Below, in pieces: positions 47,401 to 57,989 of a DNA stretch of 64,000 bases; position 1 is the stretch's first letter, and each line of letters begins with the position of its first letter. This DNA comes from Acidobacteriota bacterium (GTDB taxonomy: Bacteria > Acidobacteriota > CAIWXX01), in contig JBFMAF010000038.1 in the NCBI GenBank assembly GCA_040755995.1, positions 1,593-65,592 on the forward strand, written 5' to 3'. Below the pieces are notes generated by a model. That model worked only from the letters and a program-made list of their open reading frames with translations. It was not told where the DNA came from and searched no databases. A program made the translations under genes and the position numbers.

Positions 47401-48981
47401 CTATGGCCGTTGGAATTCGCAATCCTCGTTCCAGCGGATCTCTCCCTTGCGCTCGGCGATCCGCTCCACGATCCTGACAACCAGCTCGGCGACCTGCACC
47501 TGGCCGCTCAGGTCCCATGTGTCATCCACCTCGTCCGACGGCTGGTGGTACTGCGTGCGGATGTACTCCACTGCGACGCTCTCGCCCCAGCCGGCGGGGC
47601 GGCCCTCGTACTCGAGCCCCGAGCTGAGGGTGAAACCGGGAACGCCGGCGCGCGCGAATGAGAAGTGGTCGCTGCGGAAGTAGTAGCCCTTCTCAGGGAA
47701 CGGATCCGGCGAGATCTTCATGCCGGCCGATTTCGCCGCTTCCGCGACGATCGCATCGAGATCGCTCTTCTCGGCTCCCTGGGCTCGGGCGTCGAGCGTG
47801 CGGCCGCGCGAGTTGCCTCCGTCGACGTTGACCACCGCGATCGTCCGATCGAGCGGCACCACCGGGTGATGAACGTAGTACTCCGATCCCAGCAGGTTCT
47901 GCTCCTCCCCCGTGTACGTCAGGAACAGGACGCTGTCCTTGGGGTGCACGATGGCGAGGGCGCGCGCACAGGCCAGGAGGGTTGCAACGCCGACCGCATT
48001 GTCGTGCGCGCCGTTGTATATGGCGTCGCCGGTAGCGTCCGGCTTCCCGATGCCGAAATGGTCATGATGAGCGCTGACGACGACGTACCGTTCCTTGGTG
48101 ACAGCCCCTGGAAGCATGCCGATGGCATTCGGCGCGCTGAGGTGCCTGATCTGATTCTCGAACGTTGCCTTCACCGTGACATGCAGCGGCACTGGCTTGA
48201 AGTCAGGTGAGGCCGCGGAGGCCACGAGAGTCTGGAGGTCCTTGCCTGCCATCCCGACGACCCGTTCTGCCACGTCTCCGCGAAGCCAGGCGCGGAGCTT
48301 GAGCGGGTCCTGTTCCTGCTCCGGCAGGAACCGTTCGCCCGACCACGATTGCTGCGGTACCTGCCAGGGGTAGCCCGCCGTGTCCTCGATGTGGATCAGG
48401 ATCGCGCCGGCCGCGCCCTTGCGTCCTGCCTCTTCGTACTTGTAAGTCCATCTGCCGTAATAGGTCATCGCGCGCCCGCCGAAGAACTTCTCGTCTGTCG
48501 ACGGCGGGTCGTTCACGAGCATCAGCAGCACCTTGCCGCGGACGTCCACGTCCTTGTAGTCGTCCCACTTCTGTTCTGGTGCGGAAATCCCGTAGCCGAC
48601 GAACACCAGTTCGCCATCCAGGTTGACGGACGGGCTGACCACACCGCTCCCGCCGACGATCTCGTCGTAGTACCTGGCGGTGATGACCTCGGAGCCCTTC
48701 TGGAACGCGACGGTCATCGACTGATCCGCAGTCATACCGATCAGCGGGACCCCTTGAATGTAGCTTCCTGAGTTGCCCGGGAGCAACCCGATGGCCTTGA
48801 ATTGCTCCGCGATGTAGTCCGCCGCCAGCCGCTCCCCCTTTGACCCTGTTCCGCGACCTTCCATCTTGTCATCCGCTAGAATGGCCGTATGCTTCATGAT
48901 TTCTTCGCCCGTGATGGGCTGAGCGTCTGCGCGCACGATGGCGATCAACGCAGCCGCTGCAATGATGATTCCCCTGTTCAT
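47401..48981 (-). CDS. Secreted M28-family metallopeptidase with PA domain
   Basis: Signal peptide. 'SAHHDHFG', 'VNVDGG', 'SDHFSFARAGVP' Zn-ligand regions typical of M28. Confidence 0.75.
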   Translation of the reverse strand: MNRGIIIAAAALIAIVRADAQPITGEEIMKHTAILADDKMEGRGTGSKGERLAADYIAEQFKAIGLLPGNSGSYIQGVPLIGMTADQSMTVAFQKGSEVITARYYDEIVGGSGVVSPSVNLDGELVFVGYGISAPEQKWDDYKDVDVRGKVLLMLVNDPPSTDEKFFGGRAMTYYGRWTYKYEEAGRKGAAGAILIHIEDTAGYPWQVPQQSWSGERFLPEQEQDPLKLRAWLRGDVAERVVGMAGKDLQTLVASAASPDFKPVPLHVTVKATFENQIRHLSAPNAIGMLPGAVTKERYVVVSAHHDHFGIGKPDATGDAIYNGAHDNAVGVATLLACARALAIVHPKDSVLFLTYTGEEQNLLGSEYYVHHPVVPLDRTIAVVNVDGGNSRGRTLDARAQGAEKSDLDAIVAEAAKSAGMKISPDPFPEKGYYFRSDHFSFARAGVPGFTLSSGLEYEGRPAGWGESVAVEYIRTQYHQPSDEVDDTWDLSGQVQVAELVVRIVERIAERKGEIRWNEDCEFQRP

Positions 48982-49168
48982 GATGCTCCTTCCATGTCGC
49001 CGACAAGCGCGACTCCACCATTATAGCGCGTCTTGTTCGGCTCGAGATCCTCGACATCCGGCACACTCGGGAAACCCGTCTGGGAGGCTGTCTACAAGCT
49101 GTTTGCCCCGGGCGCTGACCTCGCAACAACTCCACGACATATTCCGTACTTGAAAAACGGGAGGACAG

Positions 49169-50026
49169 ATGGCCAGAGAAAGAAGTGGGATATCGTCGAT
49201 GGGAACAGTGGGGACCTTTCTCAGAGTCGGGTCATGTTCTGAGACGCTTTTCAATGTTCTCGACCGCGCATTCGAACACCCGTTGAAGCAGGAAGAGCGC
49301 GCATCCATGCCCTTTGTGGGCGGATTGATGCGGCATGGATACCAGTGCGGCATGATCTGGGGCGCCACGCTCGCCGCAGGGGCACGGGCATATCGACTTC
49401 TTGGCCCCGGCCCGCAGGCTGAAGCTGCAGCAGTTGTCACGGCGCAGAGGCTTGTCGAGTCCTTCCGTGCTCGCAACAAGCATATCAATTGCCTCGAGAT
49501 AACTGAGTTGGACAAATCGTCATCGACTATGCAGATGATCATGTTTTTCCTCATAAAGGGCGGGACCATAGGCTGCTTTCGCATGGCCGCAGGGTATGCA
49601 CGGGAGGCATTCAGCGAGATAAGTACAGCTCTCTCCGAAAAGCGTATCGAAGCGCCCTCCCCTCCCGTAAGCTGCTCGGCAATGCTGGCACGAAAGACGG
49701 GTGCAGCCGACATGCATACGGTGATGGCGGCTGGACTTGCGGGCGGTATCGGCTTGAGCGGAGGAGCCTGTGGAGCATTGGGAGCCGCAATATGGCTTCT
49801 CGGATTGGACTGCCTCCACCAAGGTACCGATGACAATGTCTGGAAATCAAGTGTATTTCAATCGAGGGCCGCTGAGACGATTGATAGATTCTTGAAATGC
49901 ACCGATCATACATTCGAGTGCTCCGAAATAGTCGGTCGGAGGTTTGAGGACGTAGAGGACCATGCGGGTTACTTACGCGAGGGAGGCTGCTCGAAGATTG
50001 TCGAAGTATTGACCACTCACAGGTAG
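49169..50026 (+). CDS. C_GCAxxG_C_C-family putative redox protein
   Basis: N-terminal 'GSCSETLFNVLDRAF' and 'GIGLSGGACGALGAAIW' motif region. Confidence 0.55.
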   Translation: MARERSGISSMGTVGTFLRVGSCSETLFNVLDRAFEHPLKQEERASMPFVGGLMRHGYQCGMIWGATLAAGARAYRLLGPGPQAEAAAVVTAQRLVESFRARNKHINCLEITELDKSSSTMQMIMFFLIKGGTIGCFRMAAGYAREAFSEISTALSEKRIEAPSPPVSCSAMLARKTGAADMHTVMAAGLAGGIGLSGGACGALGAAIWLLGLDCLHQGTDDNVWKSSVFQSRAAETIDRFLKCTDHTFECSEIVGRRFEDVEDHAGYLREGGCSKIVEVLTTHR

Positions 50027-50034
50027 GATAGTAG

Positions 50035-50250
50035 TTAATCCAGTGCGGTGCATAGGTACCGTCTCGGATCTCGTCCAGCATCCGTTTCATCTTCTCCCGC
50101 GTTGCGTCGTTGACCACCCGCTGTCCGCCGGGGTAGTCCCCGTGCTCGGCCGTGTCGCCCACCGAGTCTCATGTAGTTGAGCCCGCCGGGGAACATCAGG
50201 TCGACGATCAGCTTCAGCTCGCGCAGAACCGCAGTGATGCATGTGCCATC
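50035..50250 (-). pseudogene. ilvC: Fossil of the C-terminal part of ketol-acid reductoisomerase (ilvC) with a 1-nt deletion
   Basis: Minus-strand frames give 'VLRELKLIVDLMFPGGLNYMRL' + 'GDTAEHGDYPGGQRVVNDATREKMKRMLDEIRDGTYAPHWI', matching the conserved IlvC '...GGL..MRYSISDTAEYGDY..GPRVI.....MK..L..IQ.G.FA..W'. Restoring one base gives MRLSVGDTAEHGDY. No N-terminal part present. Confidence 0.6.
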
Positions 50251-50304
50251 CTCTCTCGTGGCTCGGGGCGGTGCACGGGCTGAGTTTCGCGCCGCCCGAC
50301 ACGC

Positions 50305-53004
50305 TCACCGCGCTCCCTCGACGAGGAAGAGGTGTGAGATCGCTCTCTCGCAGACGTAGGCGTAGCTCTTCTCGTCGGCCGCGACGGCGACGTGGGCAAG
50401 CTGGATCACACCTCCGAGGTCGGCCGGCGCAAGTGTCCACACGAGCTCCCGCCGTCCGCTCTCGACGTCGACGCGCTCGACTCGGAGCGGGATCTCGCCC
50501 GACCGGTAGGCGAGCACCGAACGCCCGTTACGGGACCAGCGGATGGCCTTGTCCTCTGGCCCTGTGCCGGGAACAGAGCGCCCCTCCCCACCCGCCACGG
50601 GGTAGACCACGAATCCGCCCCCGATCGCGCTCACGAGGATCGAGCGTGCGTCCGGGGAGACGATGCCGTTCGTCATTCCGTCGGGCGTGACTTGTCGAGG
50701 CGTGTCCCCGGCGAAATGCTGCACGTAGCACCGTGTCGTGCCCCCCGCCTCGTGGCCACAGACAAGGGCGGCTCTCCCGTCCGGAAAGAACTTCGCCGAA
50801 TCGAACACGTCTATTCCGCCCCTGTCGAGCTGCCGCGCCTCCCCCGCTCCGGCCGGATAGAGCACGAGCTGCTGCGGCGAGGTCGGCACGACGGCGAGGA
50901 CCGACGTCCCGTCGGGAGAGAGGTCGAAGGAACTTCCGTCGCCAAGCCGGACGACGGGCGATCCGTCGGTGCCGCGGAGACACAAGGCGTACTGGGGCCC
51001 CACGCTCCCGTTCTGCTCGGTGAAGACGATCGTCTTGCCGTCTGTCGAGAGCGCGGGGAAGTACGAGGAATCGAGCCATTCGAGGCCGCGCTCGACTGAC
51101 TGGCCGGCACCCAGCACCGGCATCTCGGCCTGGATCTGATCGCGCGTCACGAGCCAACGGCCGTCGCGAGACGTGTCGCGGATCGTGAGGCTGCCGGCGG
51201 TCTCGATCGCGACGCGGACCCGGCCCGAGAGCGAGACGGCGTTCACGGCGAAGTCCGCGAACGAAGTGCCGCGCGAGAAGAGCACTTCTCCGCCGCCCGG
51301 CGTCCACGCCAGGCCTTCCACGCCCCAGTAGACCGGGGTCAAGATAGTCTTCCGGCCGGAGAGGTCCAGGACGGCGACGTTCCCCTGGTCGTCCCACTTG
51401 GCGCCGTGCTCGACGAAGGCGATGCGATCTCCGTGCGGGGAGAACCGAACGTCGCTGAAGTAGCCTCCCGTCTCGCACAAGACCTTGCCAATCGGGAACT
51501 CCAGCCGGTCCTTCCCACCGGCCTCGCGGATCACCGCCAGCCCGCCGCCGTCCGGCGACCAGTCCGCCTCGCGCACGTTCTCGAGCACGTCCCGCGGAGC
51601 GCCGCCTTCGAGCGGCATGCGCGCGAGTGTCCCGTGAAAGAGGTTGTGGCCAATGAACCGCGCCCGCGTCAGCACCGCCAGCTCACCCTTCGACGAGACG
51701 GCGAGCAGCTGCGCGCCGCGGAGCCCGATCGGCTTCGGGTCGGGGAAATCGGCGCGGACGGTGAAGAGCTCCGGCGTGTTTCCCTGCAAGGCCGCGCTGA
51801 AAACGATCGTGCGCCCGTCCGGAGTGGCGCGCGCGGCGAAGATCGCCTGCCGCCGCAGCGTGAGCTGCCTGTAAGAGACGGCGTGTGGCGCCCGCACCGC
51901 CCGCACCGTCGCGTAGACGGCTGCGGCCGCCACGGCCAGGAGCGCGACGACCGCGACCCGGAGCGCCCGGCGAGCCTGTGGTCTCCCGCTGGCCCTCGCG
52001 CTTCCCGCCGCGGACGACGAGACCGGCGAGAGCGCCTCCAGGTCGAAGGCCAGGTCGCGCGCTGACTGGAAGCGCTGCTCCGGCTGCTTCTCCAGGCAGT
52101 GGCGCACCACCCGATCGAGGCCCGGCGCGATCCCAGGGTTGGTGATGGAGAGGTCCGGCGGATCCTGTAGCAGGATCGCCGAGAGGCTGTCAGCGGCCGT
52201 CGCTCCGCGGAACGCCCTCCGGCCCGAAAGCATCTCGTAGAGCATCGCGCCGAAGGAGAAGATGTCGGTGCGGTGGTCCACGGTCTGGCCGCGCACCTGC
52301 TCGGGAGACATGTACCCCACGGTGCCCATCACCGTTCCCGGCTCGGTGGCCAGCCGTTCCGTGGGCGCGCTCGTTTCCTCCTCGCCGTGACGGCGCGCCG
52401 TCTTCGCGAGCCCGAAATCGAGGATTTTGACGTGCCCCTCCCGGGTGACTACGACGTTCTCGGGCTTCAGGTCGCGGTGGACTATCCCCTTCTCGTGCGC
52501 GGCCGCGAGGCCCTCGGCGATCTCGCACCCGTAGGCGAGGCACTTGCGTTGCGGAATCGGCCCGGCAGCCAGCGTCTCACGCAGCGTCTCGCCTTCCAGC
52601 AGCTCCGTGACCGCGTACGCGGTGCCGTCGTGTGTCCCGAAGTCGAAGATCGAAAGGATGTTCGGGTGCGAGAGCGCGGCCACCGCGCGCGCCTCGCGCT
52701 CGAAGCGGGCGAGGGCACCGGCGTCCTCGGCGAGCGATGCCGGCAGGACCTTGATCGCGACCTCGCGTTCCAGCTTCGTGTCGCGCGCTCTGTAGACCTC
52801 GCCCATCCCGCCCGCGCCGAGAGGGGCGACGATCTCGTAAGGCCCCAGTCGTGTACCTGGCTCGAGGCTCACCGCGCCCGCTCCGCCGGCAAGAGGTGCG
52901 AGATCGCTCTCGTGAAGGCGTAGAAGGGGCGCGTTCGCAGCGATTGGCTGTGGATCATCGCTAGTACGGCTTGAGGCGAAAAACACGTTGCGATTGAGTC
53001 GCAT
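50305..53004 (-). CDS. Ser/Thr protein kinase with TM segment and C-terminal TolB-like (PD40/WD40-like) beta-propeller
   Basis: '[14 protein letters not shown]', 'VAIKVL', 'HRDLKPENV', 'DFGLAK', '[10 protein letters not shown]'. Long C-terminal propeller repeats. Confidence 0.85.
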   Translation of the reverse strand: MRLNRNVFFASSRTSDDPQPIAANAPLLRLHESDLAPLAGGAGAVSLEPGTRLGPYEIVAPLGAGGMGEVYRARDTKLEREVAIKVLPASLAEDAGALARFEREARAVAALSHPNILSIFDFGTHDGTAYAVTELLEGETLRETLAAGPIPQRKCLAYGCEIAEGLAAAHEKGIVHRDLKPENVVVTREGHVKILDFGLAKTARRHGEEETSAPTERLATEPGTVMGTVGYMSPEQVRGQTVDHRTDIFSFGAMLYEMLSGRRAFRGATAADSLSAILLQDPPDLSITNPGIAPGLDRVVRHCLEKQPEQRFQSARDLAFDLEALSPVSSSAAGSARASGRPQARRALRVAVVALLAVAAAAVYATVRAVRAPHAVSYRQLTLRRQAIFAARATPDGRTIVFSAALQGNTPELFTVRADFPDPKPIGLRGAQLLAVSSKGELAVLTRARFIGHNLFHGTLARMPLEGGAPRDVLENVREADWSPDGGGLAVIREAGGKDRLEFPIGKVLCETGGYFSDVRFSPHGDRIAFVEHGAKWDDQGNVAVLDLSGRKTILTPVYWGVEGLAWTPGGGEVLFSRGTSFADFAVNAVSLSGRVRVAIETAGSLTIRDTSRDGRWLVTRDQIQAEMPVLGAGQSVERGLEWLDSSYFPALSTDGKTIVFTEQNGSVGPQYALCLRGTDGSPVVRLGDGSSFDLSPDGTSVLAVVPTSPQQLVLYPAGAGEARQLDRGGIDVFDSAKFFPDGRAALVCGHEAGGTTRCYVQHFAGDTPRQVTPDGMTNGIVSPDARSILVSAIGGGFVVYPVAGGEGRSVPGTGPEDKAIRWSRNGRSVLAYRSGEIPLRVERVDVESGRRELVWTLAPADLGGVIQLAHVAVAADEKSYAYVCERAISHLFLVEGAR

Positions 53005-53294
53005 TCTTGGGGCGGTGCCTCATTGGCCCTCAATTCCCACGGTTCTGACTTTCGACCTTCGACTCTCGACGCGAGGCTCCGCCGCACCAGCCGCGACATG
53101 CCTCGTCTGTCTGAGGCGGAGCCTCGCTAAAGGGTAAGGCTGAGGTGTCTTGATGTCAAGTGTTCCTGGGAGCCCCGAGACCGCCATCACATGCTATTTG
53201 CGCGCAATCGATCCAATACAGATATGGGTAAACTGGCTTCGGAGATGTTGGAACGGACGCCTGTCCCGGAGGCGGCAGTCTAGGGCGCGCCGGG

Positions 53295-54767
53295 ATGCTG
53301 GTCTTCAGGAATTTGCCCACTGTGATGATCGGAATCCCCCGCCGTTCACCCGGCGTGACCATCGCCGGTCAGACATCGCCGGGCGGGATCATCGTCCGGG
53401 GATTCCATACGACCGAAGAGCCGTTCATCGATCAGGAGGTCGGCCGGATCAACGATCCGGACGTGCGCCACGCGGAGAACTGGATCTTGCGGCACATTCG
53501 ATCCAGACCCGCCGGAAGCGGGCTGGATGACGGCCTTCGCATCCGCTACACGAAGAACGCAATCGTCGATCATTGCTCTATTGCGAACGCCGACGATGAG
53601 ACCGTCGAGATCTCATTCGCGAGTAACATCACGGTGCAGAACTGCATCTTCGCTGAGAACATCAGCGAGCACTACATTTACGGTGGCATGCTGATCAACT
53701 ACACGAACCCGGCGGACGGGTTTCCGCTGGACCGGCTGAGCATTCATCACAACACGTGGAACCGGATCGAGGGACGGATGCCGGAGCTGTCCCGCGGCTC
53801 GCCGGCGGCCGGCGGGACATACATGGACATCGAGCTCGCGAACAACCTGCTCTGGGACCCGGGCTACTTCATAGACGTCAACCAGACGACCATTTCCGGC
53901 ACGGGCGACGGCGATCCGGTCTACTACCACCTGAACTGGATCGGCAACTATGCGTATGCCCGGGGAGACTTCCCGTACGGGATGATATGGTTCCCCGTGA
54001 ACGATCCGAATCACAGCACGATATACTTCGGCGACAACCGCATGAACCTCTACGGCGATCGGTATGACTACGGATTGATCTACTGCTGCAACGATTACCC
54101 ATCGGCAAGTGTTGAGAACGATCCGCCCTCCTATGCGCGACAGGCGCGCCACCCGTTCCCGCCGATCACCTACCAGCCGAGCTCGGGCCTGCGCGCGTAC
54201 ATGCAGGCGAGCGCCGGAGCTTTCCCGCGGGATCCGATGGACAGGAGGCTGATGGGGCCGGTCGGAACCGGTGTGATCGATCCGGCGCCGCGCAACCGGA
54301 ATCAGCATCACGATGCCTTCGCCGTGGACTGGACGACACCGCCCCCCGCGCCTCAGGATAGCGACTCGGACGGAATGCCGGATAGCTGGGAGACCGCCCA
54401 CGGGCTCGATCCGACCCGCCAGGACCACAACGGAACCGTGCTTTCGCCGCTCGGGTACACCAACCTCGAGGTCTATCTGAACGAGCTGGCGGGGACACCG
54501 GTGGGTGATCCGGCGCTGCGCATAACGCGCGTCACGAGCAGGAAAGGCGCGCCTGGAAGCTCTGCGAGCATCCTTGGCTCCGGATTCGGAGCTGACAGGA
54601 GTGTCGTCGGCGCGTGGTTCGGATCGACCGGCGCAAGAGTGAAGGGTGTCACACCGGCGAAGATCCAGGTCACTGTCCCACGATCTCTACGCCGGGGCCA
54701 GACGGTCGGAGTCCACGTCAGCGTCGCTGGAGTTCCCAGCAACACGGTGCGGTTCCGAGTGAGATAG
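53295..54767 (+). CDS. Right-handed beta-helix polysaccharide (pectate)-lyase-like protein with Ca-binding DxDxDG segment and C-terminal IPT/TIG-like domain. No signal peptide; possibly 5'-truncated.
   Basis: 'IVDHCSIANADDETVEISFASNITVQNCIF' style parallel beta-helix repeats. 'DSDSDGMPDSWETAHGLDP'. C-terminal domain similar to the SBBP paralog tails. Confidence 0.5.
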   Translation: MLVFRNLPTVMIGIPRRSPGVTIAGQTSPGGIIVRGFHTTEEPFIDQEVGRINDPDVRHAENWILRHIRSRPAGSGLDDGLRIRYTKNAIVDHCSIANADDETVEISFASNITVQNCIFAENISEHYIYGGMLINYTNPADGFPLDRLSIHHNTWNRIEGRMPELSRGSPAAGGTYMDIELANNLLWDPGYFIDVNQTTISGTGDGDPVYYHLNWIGNYAYARGDFPYGMIWFPVNDPNHSTIYFGDNRMNLYGDRYDYGLIYCCNDYPSASVENDPPSYARQARHPFPPITYQPSSGLRAYMQASAGAFPRDPMDRRLMGPVGTGVIDPAPRNRNQHHDAFAVDWTTPPPAPQDSDSDGMPDSWETAHGLDPTRQDHNGTVLSPLGYTNLEVYLNELAGTPVGDPALRITRVTSRKGAPGSSASILGSGFGADRSVVGAWFGSTGARVKGVTPAKIQVTVPRSLRRGQTVGVHVSVAGVPSNTVRFRVR

Positions 54768-54827
54768 CGGTCGGCGGGCGCGGCCGCCGCGCCTTCGCAT
54801 GCTTCATCGGTCCGAGACAGCTCCTCG

Positions 54828-55160
54828 CTAGTCGCCGTGGTCTACGACGAACTCCCACGCGTGGCCCGAGAGCTTCAGCGCCTTGTACACCGAGGTGGTC
54901 ATGTGGCGCAAGACCAGCTTCAGGTTCCGCTTCTCGGCGGTTTCGCGCAGCTCGAGGAGTCCCCGCAGGCCGTCGCCATCCAGGTGATCGACGTCGGCGA
55001 AGCTAAGAACAAGGCGCTCCACCTCCTTCGGGATCATCTCCATCACCCGCGTCTCGATGAAGTCGATCACGTCGCGATCGAAGGTGGCCGAAGGGATGCT
55101 CAGGAGAACGGAGTCTTTACCGGTCGGCTTCAGGACCTCGTTGGCATCTATCTCAATCAT
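54828..55160 (-). CDS. STAS-domain anti-sigma-factor antagonist (SpoIIAA-like)
   Basis: 110 aa. 'VLSFADVDHLDGDGLRGLLEL' STAS core. Confidence 0.75.
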   Translation of the reverse strand: MIEIDANEVLKPTGKDSVLLSIPSATFDRDVIDFIETRVMEMIPKEVERLVLSFADVDHLDGDGLRGLLELRETAEKRNLKLVLRHMTTSVYKALKLSGHAWEFVVDHGD

Positions 55161-55178
55161 CTCTGGCTCTCCTTCCGA

Positions 55179-57791
55179 TCAGATTCCCTTGCCGTGGTAC
55201 GCGTCGCGGAAGAGGTTCATGAGCTCCTTGGCCAACGGGAACCGCGGGTTGCTGCGGCCGCTCGGGTCGTCCGCAGCGATCTTCACCATCTCGCTGAGAT
55301 TGTCCTCGAGCTTCTCCTCGCTGACCCCAAGCCCCGCAATCGTGCTCGGTACGTCGACCTCCTTCATCAACCACAAGATCTTGTCGATGAGCTTGTCGAC
55401 CTTCTGCGGGACGGTCTTCCCGCCGAGCCCGAGGAAGTCCGAGATCGCCGCGTATTTCTTGTCGGCGATGTATGACTTCACGTTCGGGAACGGCATGAAC
55501 TTGGTTGGAATGGCGGCGTTGTAGCGGATCGTGTACGGCAGGAACACAGCGTTCGCCCGGCCGTGAGAGATCTTGAACCGCGCTCCGAGCGCGTGAGCGA
55601 GGCTGTGGTTGATCCCCACGAACGCCGAGGAGATCGCGATGCCCGCCATGCACGCCGCGTTGGCCATCTTCGCACGCGCTTCTTCGTCCTTCCCGTTCTT
55701 GTAGGCCGTCGGGAGGTACTCGAAGACGAGCCGCAACGCCTGCAGCGCGAGCGCGTCCGTGTACTCAGACCAGAAGATCGACACGTACGACTCGATCGCG
55801 TGTGTCAGGCAGTCGAGACCGGTGTCGGCCGTCATGCCGGGAGGCATCGACATCGTCATCTCGGGATCGATGATTGCGATGTCGGGCGACAGCGAGTAGT
55901 CGCCCAGCGTCACCTTGAGGTTGTCCTTCGACGTATCCGAGATCACGGCGAACGGCGTGACTTCCGACCCGGTGCCGCTGCTCGTCGGAATCGCGATGAG
56001 GCGCGCCTTGTTGCCGCCGGTCGGGTACTCGGCCACCCGCTTCCGCGGATCCAGGAACGGAACGCTCAGCGACTCGAACTTGAGATCCGGGTGCTCGTGG
56101 AACAGCCGCATCGCCTTGGCGGCGTCGATCACCGACCCGCCGCCGATCGCGATGATCACGTCGGGCTGGTAGCGCTGGAGCACCCGAACTCCCAATGCGA
56201 TCGTCTCGTAGGTGGGCTCGACCTCGACCCCCGTGAACGAATGCACGTGCATATTGGTCTTCAGGTGCTTGCGCACGCGGTCGACCAGCCCGAGGCGTTC
56301 CAGCACGCTCTGCGTCACGATGATCGCCGTCTTGCCCTCGATCGTCCGCAGGTTCTCGATGGAGTTCTTGTTGAAGTAGATCTGGTTCGGCACGCGGAAC
56401 CACTGGTGAGCCGGCGTGCGCGACGCGACTCTCTTGATGTTCATAAGGTGATGGACGTTGACGTTCTCGATCGTGATGTTGCCGCCTCCGGTCCCGCACC
56501 CGAATGAGAACGTCGGCACCAGGTCATTGTACACACCACCCAGCGCGCCGATCGAGGCGGGCGAGTTGACGATGATGCGACCGGCGTTGATCGCCTTCGC
56601 GAATTCTTCGATCACCGGCTCGTTCTCGGAGAAAATGCTGGCGGTATGCCCCAGCCCGCCGAAGTGGCTCACGTCAAGCGACAGGTTGATCGCCTCGCGC
56701 GGCGACTTCACCGGGATCACTCCCAGCACCGGGCAGAGCTTCTCGACCGACAGCGGGTGTTCGCGCCCGACGCCGCACAGCGGCGCAATGAGCAGCTTCG
56801 TCTCGGGCGGCACCCTCAGGCCGATGAAGCTCGCGATCTCCGTGGCCTTCTTGCCGACGGCCAGCGGCTGGCACATCAGCTTCTCGCGGTCCACCAGCGT
56901 CCCTTCGAGCTGCTCGACCTCCTCCGGCGAACAGATGTACGCGCCGAGGTTCTTGAACTTGTCCAGCACCGCGGGGTAGATCTCTTCGTCCACCATGACG
57001 GTCTGCTCGGATGCGCAGATCGTCCCGTTGTCGAACGTCTTGGAAACGATGATGTCTACGACCGCCATGTCGATGTTGGCGGATTTCTCGATGTAGACGG
57101 GGGTGTTGCCGGAGCCGACGCCGAGCGCCGGCTTGCCGGAGCTGTAGGCCGCCCTGACCAGGCTCGGGCCTCCCGTCCCCCAGATCAGCGACACGTGCTT
57201 GTGGCGCATCATGTACTGCGTGTCCTGGATTGACGGAGAATCTATCCACTGGATCGTCCCCTTTGGCGCACCGTTTCTCTCGGTAGCCTCCGCCATGACG
57301 CGCGCGGCCTCGTTCGAGCATGCGCAGGCGCGGAAATGAGGGTTCACGATTACCGCGTTGCGCGTCTTGAGAGAGAGGATCGACTTGAACAACACGGTGG
57401 AGGTCGGGTTCGTGATCGGCGTGACGGCGAGTATGACGCCGATGGGCTCGGCCACTTCCTTCAGGTTCCGGTCCGGGTACTCCCGTATGACGCCCACCGT
57501 CTTCACGTCCTTGATGTAGTTCCAGACGAATTCGGTGGCCACCATGTTCTTGATGACCTTGTCCTCGATGAGGCCTATGCCGGTCTCGAGAACGGCCAGG
57601 CCTGCCAGGTTCTGTGCCTCCTCCAGGCCCGCCAGCACCATCTCCCTGGCAATCCGGTCGACCTGCTCCTGCGAAAACTGCGACAGGATCGCCGCGGCCA
57701 CGCGCGCATTCTCGACGAGCGAATCCAAATGCTCGCGTCGCCGCCGTGTCTCCTCCTCGATCAAATTCGCGTCAATTGGCTCAGTAGCCAT
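55179..57791 (-). CDS. adhE: Bifunctional acetaldehyde-CoA/alcohol dehydrogenase
   Basis: N-terminal ALDH domain, C-terminal Fe-ADH domain, about 870 aa. Start taken at MATEPID with upstream RBS, not the longer ORF start at 57893. Confidence 0.9.
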   Translation of the reverse strand: MATEPIDANLIEEETRRRREHLDSLVENARVAAAILSQFSQEQVDRIAREMVLAGLEEAQNLAGLAVLETGIGLIEDKVIKNMVATEFVWNYIKDVKTVGVIREYPDRNLKEVAEPIGVILAVTPITNPTSTVLFKSILSLKTRNAVIVNPHFRACACSNEAARVMAEATERNGAPKGTIQWIDSPSIQDTQYMMRHKHVSLIWGTGGPSLVRAAYSSGKPALGVGSGNTPVYIEKSANIDMAVVDIIVSKTFDNGTICASEQTVMVDEEIYPAVLDKFKNLGAYICSPEEVEQLEGTLVDREKLMCQPLAVGKKATEIASFIGLRVPPETKLLIAPLCGVGREHPLSVEKLCPVLGVIPVKSPREAINLSLDVSHFGGLGHTASIFSENEPVIEEFAKAINAGRIIVNSPASIGALGGVYNDLVPTFSFGCGTGGGNITIENVNVHHLMNIKRVASRTPAHQWFRVPNQIYFNKNSIENLRTIEGKTAIIVTQSVLERLGLVDRVRKHLKTNMHVHSFTGVEVEPTYETIALGVRVLQRYQPDVIIAIGGGSVIDAAKAMRLFHEHPDLKFESLSVPFLDPRKRVAEYPTGGNKARLIAIPTSSGTGSEVTPFAVISDTSKDNLKVTLGDYSLSPDIAIIDPEMTMSMPPGMTADTGLDCLTHAIESYVSIFWSEYTDALALQALRLVFEYLPTAYKNGKDEEARAKMANAACMAGIAISSAFVGINHSLAHALGARFKISHGRANAVFLPYTIRYNAAIPTKFMPFPNVKSYIADKKYAAISDFLGLGGKTVPQKVDKLIDKILWLMKEVDVPSTIAGLGVSEEKLEDNLSEMVKIAADDPSGRSNPRFPLAKELMNLFRDAYHGKGI

Positions 57792-57989
57792 GTAACACCT
57801 CTCATCCTGAAGTTCGCCAAGTTCAGCAGATAACGTAGCACATGATCTCGAACCTTTCAAAGGGAAACTGTGCGTCGTGCGCGCCCAACGCACTGCGTCA
57901 GAATCGCAGCACGCTGCGAAACTCGGATTGGGGGCAGTCCATCCACGGGCAGTTGAAATCCCGCAGCCCGGCGAATATGCTCTGACTAG

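Noticed and set aside
50528-51478. 316-aa and similar ORFs in alternative frames and opposite strand within the kinase-TolB gene (also 50392-51099, 51406-52065, 52273-52923)
   Set aside because: Nested within the 899-aa kinase ORF, which has canonical kinase motifs. Alternative frames lack motifs.
55563-57321. Large ORFs on the + strand and in alternate frames opposite adhE (55563-56507, 56646-57233, 56674-57321)
   Set aside because: adhE is unambiguous. The opposite-strand ORFs are compositional artefacts.
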